In this document: one piece after another, positions 12,961 to 26,254 of the stretch | Numbering within the stretch: the first letter of the stretch is position 1 | How the letters are laid out: each line of letters opens with the position of its first letter | NCBI GenBank assembly: GCA_040954595.2 | Contig: CM082589.2 | Coordinates: 6,941,186-7,005,185 of the forward strand | Direction of reading: 5' to 3' | Source: Balanoglossus misakiensis | Lineage: Eukaryota; Animalia; Hemichordata | DNA: 64,000 nt | Translations under genes and position numbers: made by a program | The notes under the pieces: model-generated | Database searches by the model: none | Told to the model about the DNA's origin: nothing | The model's input: only the letters and a program-made list of their open reading frames with translations

Positions 12961-15900
12961 ATGTGATGTCAGTCACACCACTATTAGGTCCCAGGAGTCC
13001 CACAGCCGTGTCAGGAATTCAAAAAGTCAGGGCGGCCGGGAGCTGCTATAAGCGCTGGGCTGCTCACACACACATTAGAGTCCCACTCGGGGGGTGCAGA
13101 AGAGAAGAGTCACTCTCTTGTCAAGCTGAGCTGGGGCAACCCAAAGCAAGACTAACATCTGATAAGCACTTAAAGCAATAAGGTGGCCTGGGAAGTGATC
13201 AATATCTCACGTTGCATGTCTCTCTCTCTCTCTTCTTCTCTCATGATGATGTCACAACTCAATCCCCCCCTGCCTCATTACCATGACACTGGCCGCTATT
13301 TACATGACAATAGTGTCCATTTACACCACACTGGATATGTACATGTACACTCTCCGCAGGTAGACGTCAGCAAGTGTTGAAAAGCGACAACACTCCAACG
13401 TCACTGGGGACATAATTTGCCTCAGGTATGCCGGACGCTCAAAAGAACCCATTCAGCGAGCGCACACTGCACCCTCGACGGAAAAAAACATCGCCAGACC
13501 TCCAAACTAAACACCGTTCCACAAGCAGAACCAGATTTCCCATACCCTGTTTGGCCAAGCATTTTATGCTCCGACACATTGTCTGATATAACAACAACAC
13601 CTTGGAAGACCACTGCATTGGAACCATAACTGTTTACAGCTTAAGTGACAATAATGTCTTTGAAAGACAGAAAATAACTGTTTACCTCCGAGCAGTCTGT
13701 TTAAATAACACAGATGTTCGTTGATTTACGTAAAAAAAATGCATTCACAACTGCTTCATTCTAAAAGTTAGTCAAAATTGTTCGCATGCAAGTAGGTTAC
13801 AAAATAAAACCAGCTCTTGCCACCTTCACAACAAAAAATTCAAACTTCACGTTCCGTTTTCATTTTTACCATGTACCCTGAGTATCTTGCCAGAAAAAAA
13901 AGTTTGGTTAAAGTTTTGCTCAGCTGGGAGATTATTCTGCACCCATGACGTGCAACCAAGTAACCAAACTAAGATGGCAAACTACTTAACCTTCAGAAAT
14001 ATTTGCATATTTCACAGGCATTTAAAATGTCCCATTCAAAAACAACCCCCTATTCTCCCAGTACAGACCTTGCATAACATTTCTGAGAATTGTACCATAG
14101 ATGTAGTTATATCTTCTGCTAAACAGACTAGGGTGACAATCAGTTGAAAAGATATACTGAACTTTATAAACTACTTATTATCAGGTTGTCATGTTTCATA
14201 TATTATATAATAGTGAAGTAACACAAAGGAATGTCATTGCAATCATTGTTATTCAACATATTACATTCATAAAATGTTGTTTTGTATGCATTTTTAAAAA
14301 TTTTGCTGAGCTCCAAGAAAACTGAATAAGCCTAACTTTTCCTTTATTATAACCACAAAAACCTTCAGTTGATTTTTCATTTTCTCTCTTAAAAATAATT
14401 AATATCAAAACTGTTTACAGCCACATCAGTCAAAACAACCGACAATGTATTTTAACCTACCAGAGACACCCCTATTTTTCTGTAAATGGATTCAACCACA
14501 TTGTTGAAAATGATAGGACTGAACCATAGCATCACTTAAAAGGAGATGCTGGTTTTGAACAATTTTAAGGTCTACTGCACGGCAAGACATATAAGTGATA
14601 TGTTTTATAAAGCAAACTTTTCACATCAGGATCATAAACTTATTCTCAGAGGGTGACATCTTTACGTATGTTGTTTCATTACTGCATTTGTTTCGCTAGA
14701 ACAATGGGTATAAATAAAACATGTTTCAGCATGTCGTACATAAAGTTATTGTTAAGAGATACACACGGCCCAAAGCTTGACATAGCTGGAAAGGTTACCA
14801 CCGAGTAGAGTTATAACTCCCTTAACATCTTTAGGACACTGCCCGTCATCCCCCCTCCCCCTTTTTCTGGTGAGGGGGGGGGGGGACCTCAAAAAATGAT
14901 TATGTTAGTTGACACGGCCTCTGAAGAATGTCAGTTATGTAACCAGCCTACACCGAAAACACATTCAACATTTGACTATATCTGTCTGTGCATAACTATT
15001 GTTGAGAGAAGGAAGACAGGCAAACTAGTGGGAATTTTCACTCAAGTCTGGCACAAGTTTCAGCTATGACACCCCCCGTTCAACCACGCAAAGTGGTATA
15101 ATCCTTCGTTTTTCATTGGTACGGTTGAACCCATGTGTTAGGAAATGGGTGAATGGTTAAAAAAATTCACAGAGTAAGGTTTTATTTGATCACGAAAGCC
15201 AAGAAGGCAACATATCGGTGCGCATGCATACGACATGTTGTTTACATTTTCTGTTGGCCATGTAGGAAACCAGACAAAATGATTGCAACCTTGTACTTTC
15301 TTGTGTTACTCAATCTTTGTTTTGCTTTTTGGCCTCTCAAGATCTCGATTCACATGCAAAGTGGCTGATAGCACCGACGAAAACAAGGCAAAATCTCATT
15401 ACCAGGAGTTCAGATCAAACTATCCTTTTCTGGGCGTACACCCACACGAACCACAAGCATTTCAGTTACAGGGAAGATTAAACGACAATTTACATTATTG
15501 AGACTTATTGCCATTGCATTACAACACAAGACAAGAAGAACATACAACATGCATAATATACAACCTGGCTTCATTTTCAAATGAAATATTTCAGGCGCAA
15601 AGTTACTTATTTTTGCATTCATTTTAAATATCATTTTAGTTTTTTATGTCCATGTTAATCTGCTCACTAAAACATGCTCAATTACTCTCAACTCACAACC
15701 TATATATCTGCATAAAATATAATTTTAGGTTTAGCCAGAAATTAAATAAAAGTTGAGCGGTGACAACTGGGCACTGAGTGTGTTTCAGTGAGCAGAACAA
15801 CATAAAATGATGAGCAAATTTTGTGCCTCGTGATTTCAATTGTTTGCCTGTTACAAAACATACCCACATCAATCAGTTTCATCAACTTCTGACATATCAA

Positions 15901-16831
15901 AAAAAAAAAAAAAAAATTTCCATGACCCCCGTTTTACCTAGTAAACTTCATGTCATTATACTCAGGGGTCGGTGATATACGGCACACATTTTGGGAAGTT
16001 GGAGGTGTTCCCATCAATCTCAGCACTATTAAAAAGACAAACTTTGACAGCAAGAAATCTCATCGTTGGAATTCCGCCAAGAGAAAAAGTGGCAAGATCG
16101 CAGGGTGCAAATTACGCATCCAAATACAACTGACACATCTAGTAGCAAATCGGGGATGGAGGTAGCTTTCCTGAAATCAGGAACTCTCAACATCCAGGAC
16201 TACAGCAGTACGGGTGAAACGTGAAAGCACGCAGCGATGACCTTTCAACCCAATTTTTCCAGTCTTGACCCAACCGTGGCGTTAAAAAACAATCACGGGG
16301 GTGGGTCGACCCAATTTGTGGCGGGGATCAGGCTGGAATTGCTGTGAGTGGACGGCACACACCTATGCTTGCTTCCACATCATGGAAGCTGATTGCTTTC
16401 CAGTGGTGTGTCACCAGTAATTACAATATGACAAATCACTCTACCGGCTGTCAGAATAAATGAAGGTAAATGATTCAAAATATTCTGCGTGTACGCGTGT
16501 GTTAATGTCTCTATACATATATATTGAAATTAAACAATTGATCCTAGTGGAGTTGATGGAGGAAAAAGCTAGCAGCAAGCTCATTTTTTTCTACCATATG
16601 TACAGCAAACAAGCTGTTACTAGGTTGTTAGCACTGAAATTTAAAATGGTGTATTCTCTGCTCAACTACTATCACACTGAACGGGGTTCCTCTGCAACCT
16701 TGTATGGATTTCCAGCGGACAGATGTGTGTCTTCCGATGGATTTGCCGGGTTTCAATTCATTCCGGGGATCGGAGGGTTTGCCGGGCGATTTTCAACACT
16801 TTGCAAGGCGTTCAACCCGGAGACTGAGTGC

Positions 16832-16884
16832 GAGAGAGCGAGTGAGTGAGAGGGGGAAGGAAGGGAGGGAGTGGGTTAGAGAGG

Positions 16885-16918
<34 letters not shown>

Positions 16919-17121
16919 AAGAGAGAGACAGACAGACAGAGACAGAAAGAGAGACAGAAACAGACAGATAGAGAGAGACTGAGAGAGAGAGACAGATAGA
17001 GAGAGGAAGGGAGGGAGGGAGGGAGGGGGAGGGAGACAGAGAGAGAGAGAGAATGAGAAAGAGAGAGAGAGAGAGATGGAGGGAGGGAGGGAGACAGAGA
17101 GAAGAGAGAAGAGAGAGAGAG
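16832..17121. repeat. Compound (GA)n/(GACA)n/(GGGA)n microsatellite
   Basis: Purine-rich simple repeat, directly visible. Confidence 0.95.
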
Positions 17122-20100
17122 AATTTACATGTTGAAGAGGCTCTCTGTCTGCACGTATGTTCTGTCGTTCTGATTCCAAATATTTAGAAGTCCTATGTCT
17201 GCATCTCCGCTTGATGAAGCAGGGTAAACAAGACACGGCCTCCTTTTGCGCCCACTGCAAAAAAGTTTTCCAACTCCGAGCGCTTTCCTCCCAATTCCTT
17301 TCATCATTTGCCGCCACATTTCGGATAAAATTGATAAACATAGTGTAGTCTATTTTGGGGTTTATAGGGAGGAAACCTTAAAAACAGCAAAAAGTACACC
17401 AGAATTGTAACGGTCTCTGTATTTACGAGAGGAAAAACAGTGTTATATGTGGACATGTTGATGCTATTTTGGAAATCGTGCATGTATTGATTAATCATGG
17501 GAAGTATTGACTGACCAGCAGAGTATCCTACAGCAGAGTAAATTATACGGCTGCATCAGGTGAAATCATTTTTTGTAAATATTTTTTAATAGTGAGAGAC
17601 AGATTTTCACATTTCCCGCGGTGGTAAATACCCCCCCACTCAAGTTGACCTGTCACAGTCTAGGTCAGTCAAGGTCAAAGGTCGGTCTGATAATCAAAAG
17701 ATGACATTTAAGATTAATACAATTTCTTTCCAAGGAATAATGTTGCTGTTCTTCACTGAATATTTTTTTTCTATTATACATGATAAATTCATTTACACAT
17801 CATGCCCAAAAGCACAACCAGAGCAAGGTACATATCAATAACACATTGATGTCAAGAAATAACTTCGTTAGAGATCAACTGAAGTGTGTCTGCAGAGTAT
17901 AAACGGTGATCTGAAACCAAACAAAATACCATGTTGTACCCAACAAAATAACATATTTTGATATGATACAAGGATGACAATGATATCGTCTTCAGACGCA
18001 AGCAGTGGATGAACTTTAGATTTCTGCTAACAGTTTGAAAATTTATCACATATATCCCACCCTCTCTGTCTCTTTCCCCCCCCCCCTCTCTCTCTCTCTC
18101 CATAAACGGAATTACCGCACTGACCCCATTACCAGCATGGCAGTGCTCATCAATGTTGATGACTGACGTCTGATTCATTTTATTTTCCTGAGAATCACAT
18201 CAAATTACAATCTTGACTAAAAAGACGGTTTTATTATGCAGGCTATCATACTAATTTCAACAAGAGCAACTTTCATCCCCCCCCCCCAAAAAAAAAAAAA
18301 AATCAAAATTTCTAATCCGGCTATCATGACTCTAGGTTTCTAAGACATCAGTTATGTACAATTATGACAATTTGCCCCCCCCTTTTTTTGCACTGTCACG
18401 GAGAATTTATCTTCAAACCACAGAACATACTCATTTTGACCAGGACTAATTAATATTTCAGAATAGCCACTTCATTTTTCACCTCCGAAAAAAAAAAAAA
18501 AAATCTCTGGGCATGCCTAGTTTGAATCTATGTCAAACTAACAAGGCATTGTACAGTTGCCATTTCAACACTAATCTTTCCTTCTTCTTCTCTCTCTCTC
18601 TCTCCCTCCCTCTGCCTTTTCCTAATTCAACCAAGTAGATTTGCCCTTTCAATCCTCGTCTTTTCTGATTGTCTGGTCCAACTGAGGACAGCGATTACGC
18701 ATAATCATTTTGATTTCTTTTCAAACCAAGCCCGTATAACGAACGTAATCATTTGGGTATATTTCCAGGCGAGTGGAAAAATGGAGCCACGAAATGAGCT
18801 CTGATCGCTCCGATGAATGCAGTATGTCAGTTCCAGTGTGCCACTAATGGATATTTGTTTAGGTAGACACACGGCAAGAGACAATTTTGCCATCTCAAAA
18901 CAATCTTTTAATGGTCTACAGTCGTCTGTAGCGAGACATTTCCTATTTGGTGTTTTGCACACGAAAAATCATCTTCACAGTTGATTTTCTTTCTGCTGAA
19001 AATTGCACTCAGATAAAAAAATTCAAAACTGGTGAACAGGGAGACTTAATGTGTCGCTGTTTGTCAACAAATGTGTATAAGTCTTGGCTGTAAAGGGAGT
19101 TCAAAGCTCTTAAAGGCCCATATTGATGTCCGTATTTCTATAAAACAACAGATCTTTCCATGCAGAACTGTTTATTGGGACACAAAGGGTCTGTGTGCAT
19201 AATCTAGCCCCTTTAACAACATTCTTTCAAATTCAAATAAATGGACTTTTAGGAAACAATTTCAGAATGCAAATATGTGAGTGCAAAGTGAACATGTACA
19301 TTGTAAATGAATTTCTAATTGGACGACACCTGATCATGTGAACAGTTTCAGCCAATAAAATCTGTCCTTACTTGAACATTCGTTTAGTTGCATACAACAA
19401 CTCTGGTTATATTACATCATCAAGTTCAAGAAAGTGAGAAACAGAGTAATTTTACGATAACGTTGCCACGGGCTATAATTTGCAATCACGAAAAGGTTGG
19501 TTAATTAGGAAACTTTTTTTTAAGGTTTTCATTACGCAAAGTATTTTTTTCGAAAGAAATTTCAAAGTGAAATACTGAAAATTAATCACTCTCACTAAAT
19601 ATGAAGGTCATTCATTGCAAAAGCCATATTTGACAGAAAAAGTAGAATATTACGATTGAAAAAGGCTTTCTGTAAGTACTCTATATTTCTGTTATCAGAA
19701 ATCTTTTCATCTTGCTTGACACTTGCATTTTGTGTCATAAAGACTTTTAATAGTTAGTAATCGTCATGAAAGTTCATTTACGCTGGCACAGAATAAATTC
19801 AAGACCATTGCTGCTTCAAATCACACTGTACCGAAAATAAAATTTATTCTGTATTCTGCCGAATTGCACGCATCACTCACTGCCCACATAATGCCGTCGA
19901 CCTTTATCCCCTCTTTCTCCAGAGCGGTGAAATCGCACGGGCGTACTCTCGAAACTGAACGATATCCTTCAGCGTTCTGTACATGAAGTACCACGTACAT
20001 CTAGGGACATGTGTTGAATCGTCGCAAATGCTAAATGCAGATGACTTAACCAACAAAATGGACACAAATTCTTCACGGACTCCTGATAGCCGTACAGAAG

Positions 20101-23100
20101 CTACGCTTGACCGGGGGGCATAGAAATGCCATCTTTCCCTGATCTGCGATCGTACGTACTTTGCTTTGCATATATGCAAATTACATTGCCATGATTGGCA
20201 TCGGGGCTCCCTGTGGCAAAAATGTATCACACTGATGACATTTGACTGGATTTGCTCCGAGGTCTATGGTGATCTATGCAAATTCAGCCACAGTTACCGT
20301 GGAGAGCACAAATCTAGCCAATAACAGATTAGCACGGGGTGGTGGTGCAAAAAAATGCGCTACCACGCCCTTTTAACCATATATGGTCATATGTAAATTG
20401 GAGGCAATGCCTGATCATATATCATATCACCCACAATGCCATCTTTGAAAATTCATAGCAGCAAAGACTATATAAACATGCAATACTTTCAACGGTTAGG
20501 TATTCTTTTTGCCATGACCACTTATAGGCCCAAAAAGGTCAAAATGTGGTACAACATTTTATACTTTTCACACATTTTCCGTATTTTCTCCTTAATTTTA
20601 GACCAAATGATTATAATTTTCCATTGTCTGCAGGTCCTGATCAAAATTTTAGAAAAAAAAAATACAGTAAAAGTTATGCGGTTATTTTTGTGAAAAATCA
20701 CAAGTTGACCATGGAGTAGAAAGGGTTAAACACACTCCACACAAGGCATGACAAAATTAAGCTCAAAAGTGAGAATTTTGGCAACAGCTGCTTTGCAGGT
20801 TCCAAGAAATGGACTCTCCAATCTTTGCAAAGCTCTAAAACAGACAGGCACTAAAACTCAGACAGAGTATTAAGGGCACTCAAATATAATAGCATTAATC
20901 TTGTTGACATTTCTTGATGCCCAGAATTATCTGAATACAAGCCTCTACACCATTATCAAATAATACTTTCTCAATTCATGTTGTCAATTGAAACAGGCAA
21001 GAAATATGATCTGAAGGACAATATTTTCAGAATATAAAAAAACAAATCGAAAACAGGATAAATTGGACATGAGAACAAAGTTGAAAATCTGCAGAAATAT
21101 TTAAGAATTGCATCAACCTACATGTATTTATATGTGCTTTAAATGTGTGGTATTACCGGTATTGGCCCTGATTGTGTTATAACAATGACATTTTATATTA
21201 TGACAATTTTGTCAACTTAACTTTTCCCAAATTTTTTTCTCAAATCAAGACCTGCAGAAATGAAAATAATGCCCACTTCTCTAAAATTAAGGAGAACAAT
21301 TAGATAAAATTTGGTAAAAAATGTTAAAATGTTGCACCAATATTTCGACCGACAAAATGTGCCATTCAAACAGTAACAAATTGCAAATGGTTCAAAGTTG
21401 AATAAATCTCAAATCTGCAATTGAATCGAACCATTCACGGTTGCGGGTCCAATGAACGCAATTCAAAAAGCCACACGTATACAATCCACACACTTGTCCA
21501 TGACTGCCATTTTAATGCAATCCTAACAGCAATTTGACAACTTGCCATTTGCCGGCTGTCAGTCAATAATGGGACCAGCAAGTGGCTTAAAAACCTGCAT
21601 GTGATACAGGCTTGTCAGTGAAGACCCTCGCCAAACATTCAGCACGTCAGAAATAATTCCACACTGTAAAATGATAGCATGCGGGTTTACTTTAACATTC
21701 TGCAATGAATTCAACACAGTCAAACAAGTGTCACTTGAAACTTTTCAGATATATCGCAAGTGATTTCTACATTGTCTATTTCACCCAATTCATGACGCTC
21801 AGTCAAGATTTTATGATACCACAAAACCTGAATAATTGTGCAAGCTTACACAATAAAAGGATTGCATACCACATATTTTTCAAATTAAGGAAACTGCCTG
21901 CAATTACATCAAGAGATTTGATGCATTAAAATCTTTCAAAAACTAATTATATTTTGTCAGCGAGAGTTGAAGTAATCAACAAATATGCCACTTATTCACT
22001 TAAAAGCGATCATTTACACCGAAGGTCAGTGAAGATATATTTCATTTATACCGTCTGTAGAGCTGTAAACGATATGACCAAAAACAAATCACGCTGATTT
22101 TCGCGGTGACATATATAAAACCCAATGATTAGATGAATTTAAATAAGATAAAATATAAGTAAGCTTGGTGTATTACGATTCACTTGATTATAAGTCAATA
22201 AAGATATATTTCCTAATGGAGTGCATTCCAGTATTTATAAAAACTCAATGCATGATAAGGGTGTGTAAATGAAGAAAGGACCATAGTGGAGAGAGTGAAT
22301 AATTTTTTGACTGAAATGTACAAAAAAGAAAAATTTCAAAACAATTTTTTTGCTTTGATCCGATGCACATCAAGTGGTTATAGAAAGAATAACTAATACA
22401 CTGACTTACTTGCCTTGAAGAGAATTCAAGAATTTCTCAGCTGGAAACTGAGATTTAAAACGTAGGCCTTTCTCTCTCTTTTTTTAGCCAGTACACAGTC
22501 TCTGCATCAACTCATGAAATCACTAACACACATACAAGCACCCACCTAGCTGATACGAATGGTGGTCCTGAACTTCAACCCCGGAAAAAAACACCGCAGC
22601 GATTCCGGAATCTTCCCCCTTTGCACCGGAGAATTTCACCCTCGACTGCAGTGCCAGGTCGTTGGATGCTGCCCACCCTTGACTTGCAGCATTGGGATTT
22701 TGTACAGCAACAACAACAACAAAAAAAGACGGTGTGTGGCTCGGAACATGCAAGTTGCACTAATATCAAACCCTAGCAAAACAGCAATTCAATGCCCATC
22801 ATATTATAAAGCCTCTTGTGACGTCAATGGCAACTACAAACTGCCGGCCCTGCTCTCTGCAGCTACACACATAACATAATTTAAGGGACCCTCTCCAAAA
22901 CGCGCACATATACCAAACCCCTAAACCTACCAAAATGATTTCTCTTCTATATTATATTAAAGCAAACATACATGCTAGTTGCTACTTAAAAAAATAACTA
23001 AAGACATGTCTATACACAGCTGCATCTTTAAAGGATGTTACTGTTAATCACTTGATATTCATTTCTTTTAAAAGATCATCATCTCGTTCCGTTGACTGAA

Positions 23101-24393
23101 ACACACTCAGTACAAACTGGTTGTTATAACTCAACTCACTGTGAACATACATGTATAACACATGAACACTTCCATCATTAATTTATTTACTTTGATTTTT
23201 GGTTACCAACTACATCCAGTGCCAATGTTAAAGTATATAGTTGTATACTGTAGGTTACGAAGAGGTACTTTCTGGGCTAGGTCTGGTCTAACCCATGCTA
23301 GCACTGAGATATCCCAGTATAAACCCACTTGGATATATTAGTTTTGATCTGTACTGTACAAGGTTTCAAAGACTGGTTTAAAATTTCAGGACTTTCCAGG
23401 AGCACATGAAGCCAGTGAATTATTCTGATCAGCGGTCACACAGTCAATGAGCTGGTTGGAGGAGCCAGGAATCACCATTCGTTTTATTTTAATACCCTGA
23501 CCTCTGTAAAGTGACCTCAATAAACTTTGGAGATGAGCCCTCTATGCAGCGGAGCATGCTATCTTATCGTCACGCGTAAACTTACCAACTGAGAGCATAA
23601 CCTAATCTGCCCTGTCCAGCCGACTGTTTAAATTACACGAAGTTGCATAGAAATCAGAGAAACAATGGGGGTTAAGGCGCATCACGACAAAAGACGTGAT
23701 CACCAAACGATGGAATTTCGGAGAAGGGTTGCCTAGTAGCATTCCCAGGATAGCTGCAGCCTGGAACTTGTGCACGATATATACTGCCCTCTGTGGTGAA
23801 AGTGGATAAGTCTTGGTGAATGTGTGTGCAGGTTTTGGTGTTATTGACGTGATTTTTTTCCTGCATAGTATACAGATCAACTAGTACCTAGTAGGAAACA
23901 GTGAAAACACAACCTTGAATTCAAGTTTTTGCTAATTAAGGACGAGATTGTCGCAAGTGTGAACGTTTTCCTGTAGAAATTCCCCTGTGCGGAACTGAGT
24001 TGTGCTTAAGTAATCCAATGGGATTAGCTGAACTGCGTCACAGAAGCGAAACGACCATTCTAATTGTCCATCATTATGTTGGGATCCTTCTACAAACACT
24101 CTGGGACAAAGAAACAAAATCAGTAATTAGGAGTCAGACAGTGTGTCCACCTACACGAACAAAACACCAGCAGGCAATTAAGTTTGCGCAGTTCGCACCC
24201 CCCACACACCGTGACGTATCCTCTGTGATTTCATTTTAGCTGGCAGTGCACATCCATGCCCACATACCACGGGAAAGTACGGTGGTGTTTGGTTTCTACA
24301 TTGGCAGGCTACCGGTAACACACAAGTGTAGCTAGCAAACAACCATCACCACCACCACAACCACCACCGTTGTCATCATGATCACCGTCAATG

Positions 24394-24394
<1 letters not shown>

Positions 24395-24438
<44 letters not shown>

Positions 24439-24480
24439 ATCATCATCAATCATCATCATCATCATCATCATCACCACCAC

Positions 24481-24521
<41 letters not shown>

Positions 24522-24532
24522 CTATGACCATC

Positions 24533-24564
<32 letters not shown>

Positions 24565-24591
24565 CATCATCATCATTATGACCATCATCAC

Positions 24592-24657
<66 letters not shown>

Positions 24658-24723
24658 TACCATCATCATCATCATCATTACCATCATCATCATCATCATC
24701 ACCAATATCATCATTATCGTCAT
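24395..24723. repeat. (CAT)n trinucleotide microsatellite, ~330 bp with interruptions
   Basis: Directly visible. Lies just left of where homology to the TRIM array unit begins. Confidence 0.97.
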
Positions 24724-25195
24724 GTGGCCCTTACTCTTTCACACAGAGGGGTTTCATATCTCGCCACAGGCTTTGTTTATACCTTTACATTCCACATGTT
24801 CTGAGTACTTGATGGCCAATGCAGACAACTTCGGCCAGAATGTTAGCAGATATATACAAGTCACATTCATAGGTGCTGATTCTCACCTCTTTTGCAGGTA
24901 GACACCACACACTTTGTCTCCAGCAAGCAACTATTTATATAACCTTTGGTAAATGTGTCACACAGCGCAAAAACAGAAGGAATTTCCATATACATGTACA
25001 CAGATTCTGCAAACTCAACAGCAGCAGGTAGCCCTGTGCATGCAACTCTGAAATCAGAAATGAAATATTCAGGCCAATAATCATGGCGTACGATAATTGT
25101 CATCCTTTTCTAGTCAATCACAGACTGTGATGGTTACTACATGTACCCATAGACTATTCATGCAGAGTTGTATTAAAACCGCTTCTTCCATGACA

Positions 25196-25493
25196 TTAAA
25201 GCGGGAAGCTCGTCTCACGCGCATGCGCGTAACTTCCCAGCAAATTTTCCGTTCGATGCATTCAAATAGTGGACTGCCTTCGCTTCCTTCCATATTTCAT
25301 GCCCACCGTATAAGTAGATTCTGGTTTTGTCCCTCCTTTTCACCCACGCCAGTGTCCTTTCCCGATCTCCGACACAGATTATGGTCGCCGCCATCTTGTG
25401 TGAGCACTGCCTTATGGGATTGACTGTTCACTAAACGTCTGTAACCACCGGCTACAGTTGGAACATGCGTGTGAGACGAGCTACGCGCTTTAA
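25196..25493. mobile_element. MITE with TTAA TSD (Kolobok-like), inserted in the flank of TRIM copy 1 only
   Basis: TTAA+AGCGGGAAGCTCGTCTCACGCGCATG ... CATGCGTGTGAGACGAGCTACGCGCT+TTAA (26-bp TIR, 3 mismatches). Paralogous flanks (~30395, ~35077, ~41134) lack it. Confidence 0.85.
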
Positions 25494-26254
25494 ACCTCGA
25501 ACCCAGATATAAATTTAAAAATTGTAGAAAAAGTTTGGAAAGACTTTAGATACTTAAACTGTCTTCAAATCCAATTACATGATGACCAGAGTTCACCCAT
25601 GATGCAGTGCAATTCACTGCTACAAAGTAAAATGCTGTTCCTGTTAATGATTTGGTAAATTGATTAATTGAATAATCTTCAAGACGTTCACTGGGACCTT
25701 GAAAAAAGAAAAAAAAACCTACAGAGCCCCTCCTGGTTATCATAGTGAAAAATAGCGAAAAAATCCAAAGCTTTAAAAAATTCTGAATAGGTTCAATTTC
25801 TTGCATTTATCTGTCAATCGATTTACACACATTATTAAATTCATCATATATCAGTGTGTATTAAAGCTACAATTTTTAGATCTCAAATGTTCAATTATCC
25901 TATGTCAACTTAATTGGTTGTGTTCCAGTCAATGCAATACATGCAAGCTAGTCTTTTTATCCAAAGCTTTAAAAATTTCCAACAGGTGCAACTGGTTCAT
26001 TTTTTTTTTTTTTTTTTGCATTTGTCCATAAATCTACATACTGAATCAAATTTGTATCAGTGTGTATGATATACTTCAGAACAGTTAGTTTCTTCAAGTT
26101 CCTCAATTTGGAGAGCCATTATTTACCAGAACACTGATCCCAATTGTTGAATGTCACTTTTACCCACACCCACCCACACACAAGGCATTTGGCTGTGTTC
26201 CAGTCAATGCAATACATGCAAGTCTTGTTCTGTCTGTCATTGAATACAGTGTCT

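Noticed and set aside
16704-17341. RE-rich and LS-rich ORFs
   Set aside because: Translations of the GA-rich microsatellite.
24391-24901. Poly-His, poly-Met and poly-Ile ORFs
   Set aside because: Translations of the (CAT)n microsatellite.
25215-25394. Separate gene starting at CAAGATGGCGGCG on the minus strand
   Set aside because: A 59-codon ORF lying wholly inside a TIR-bounded MITE, with no splice donor or recognisable domain.
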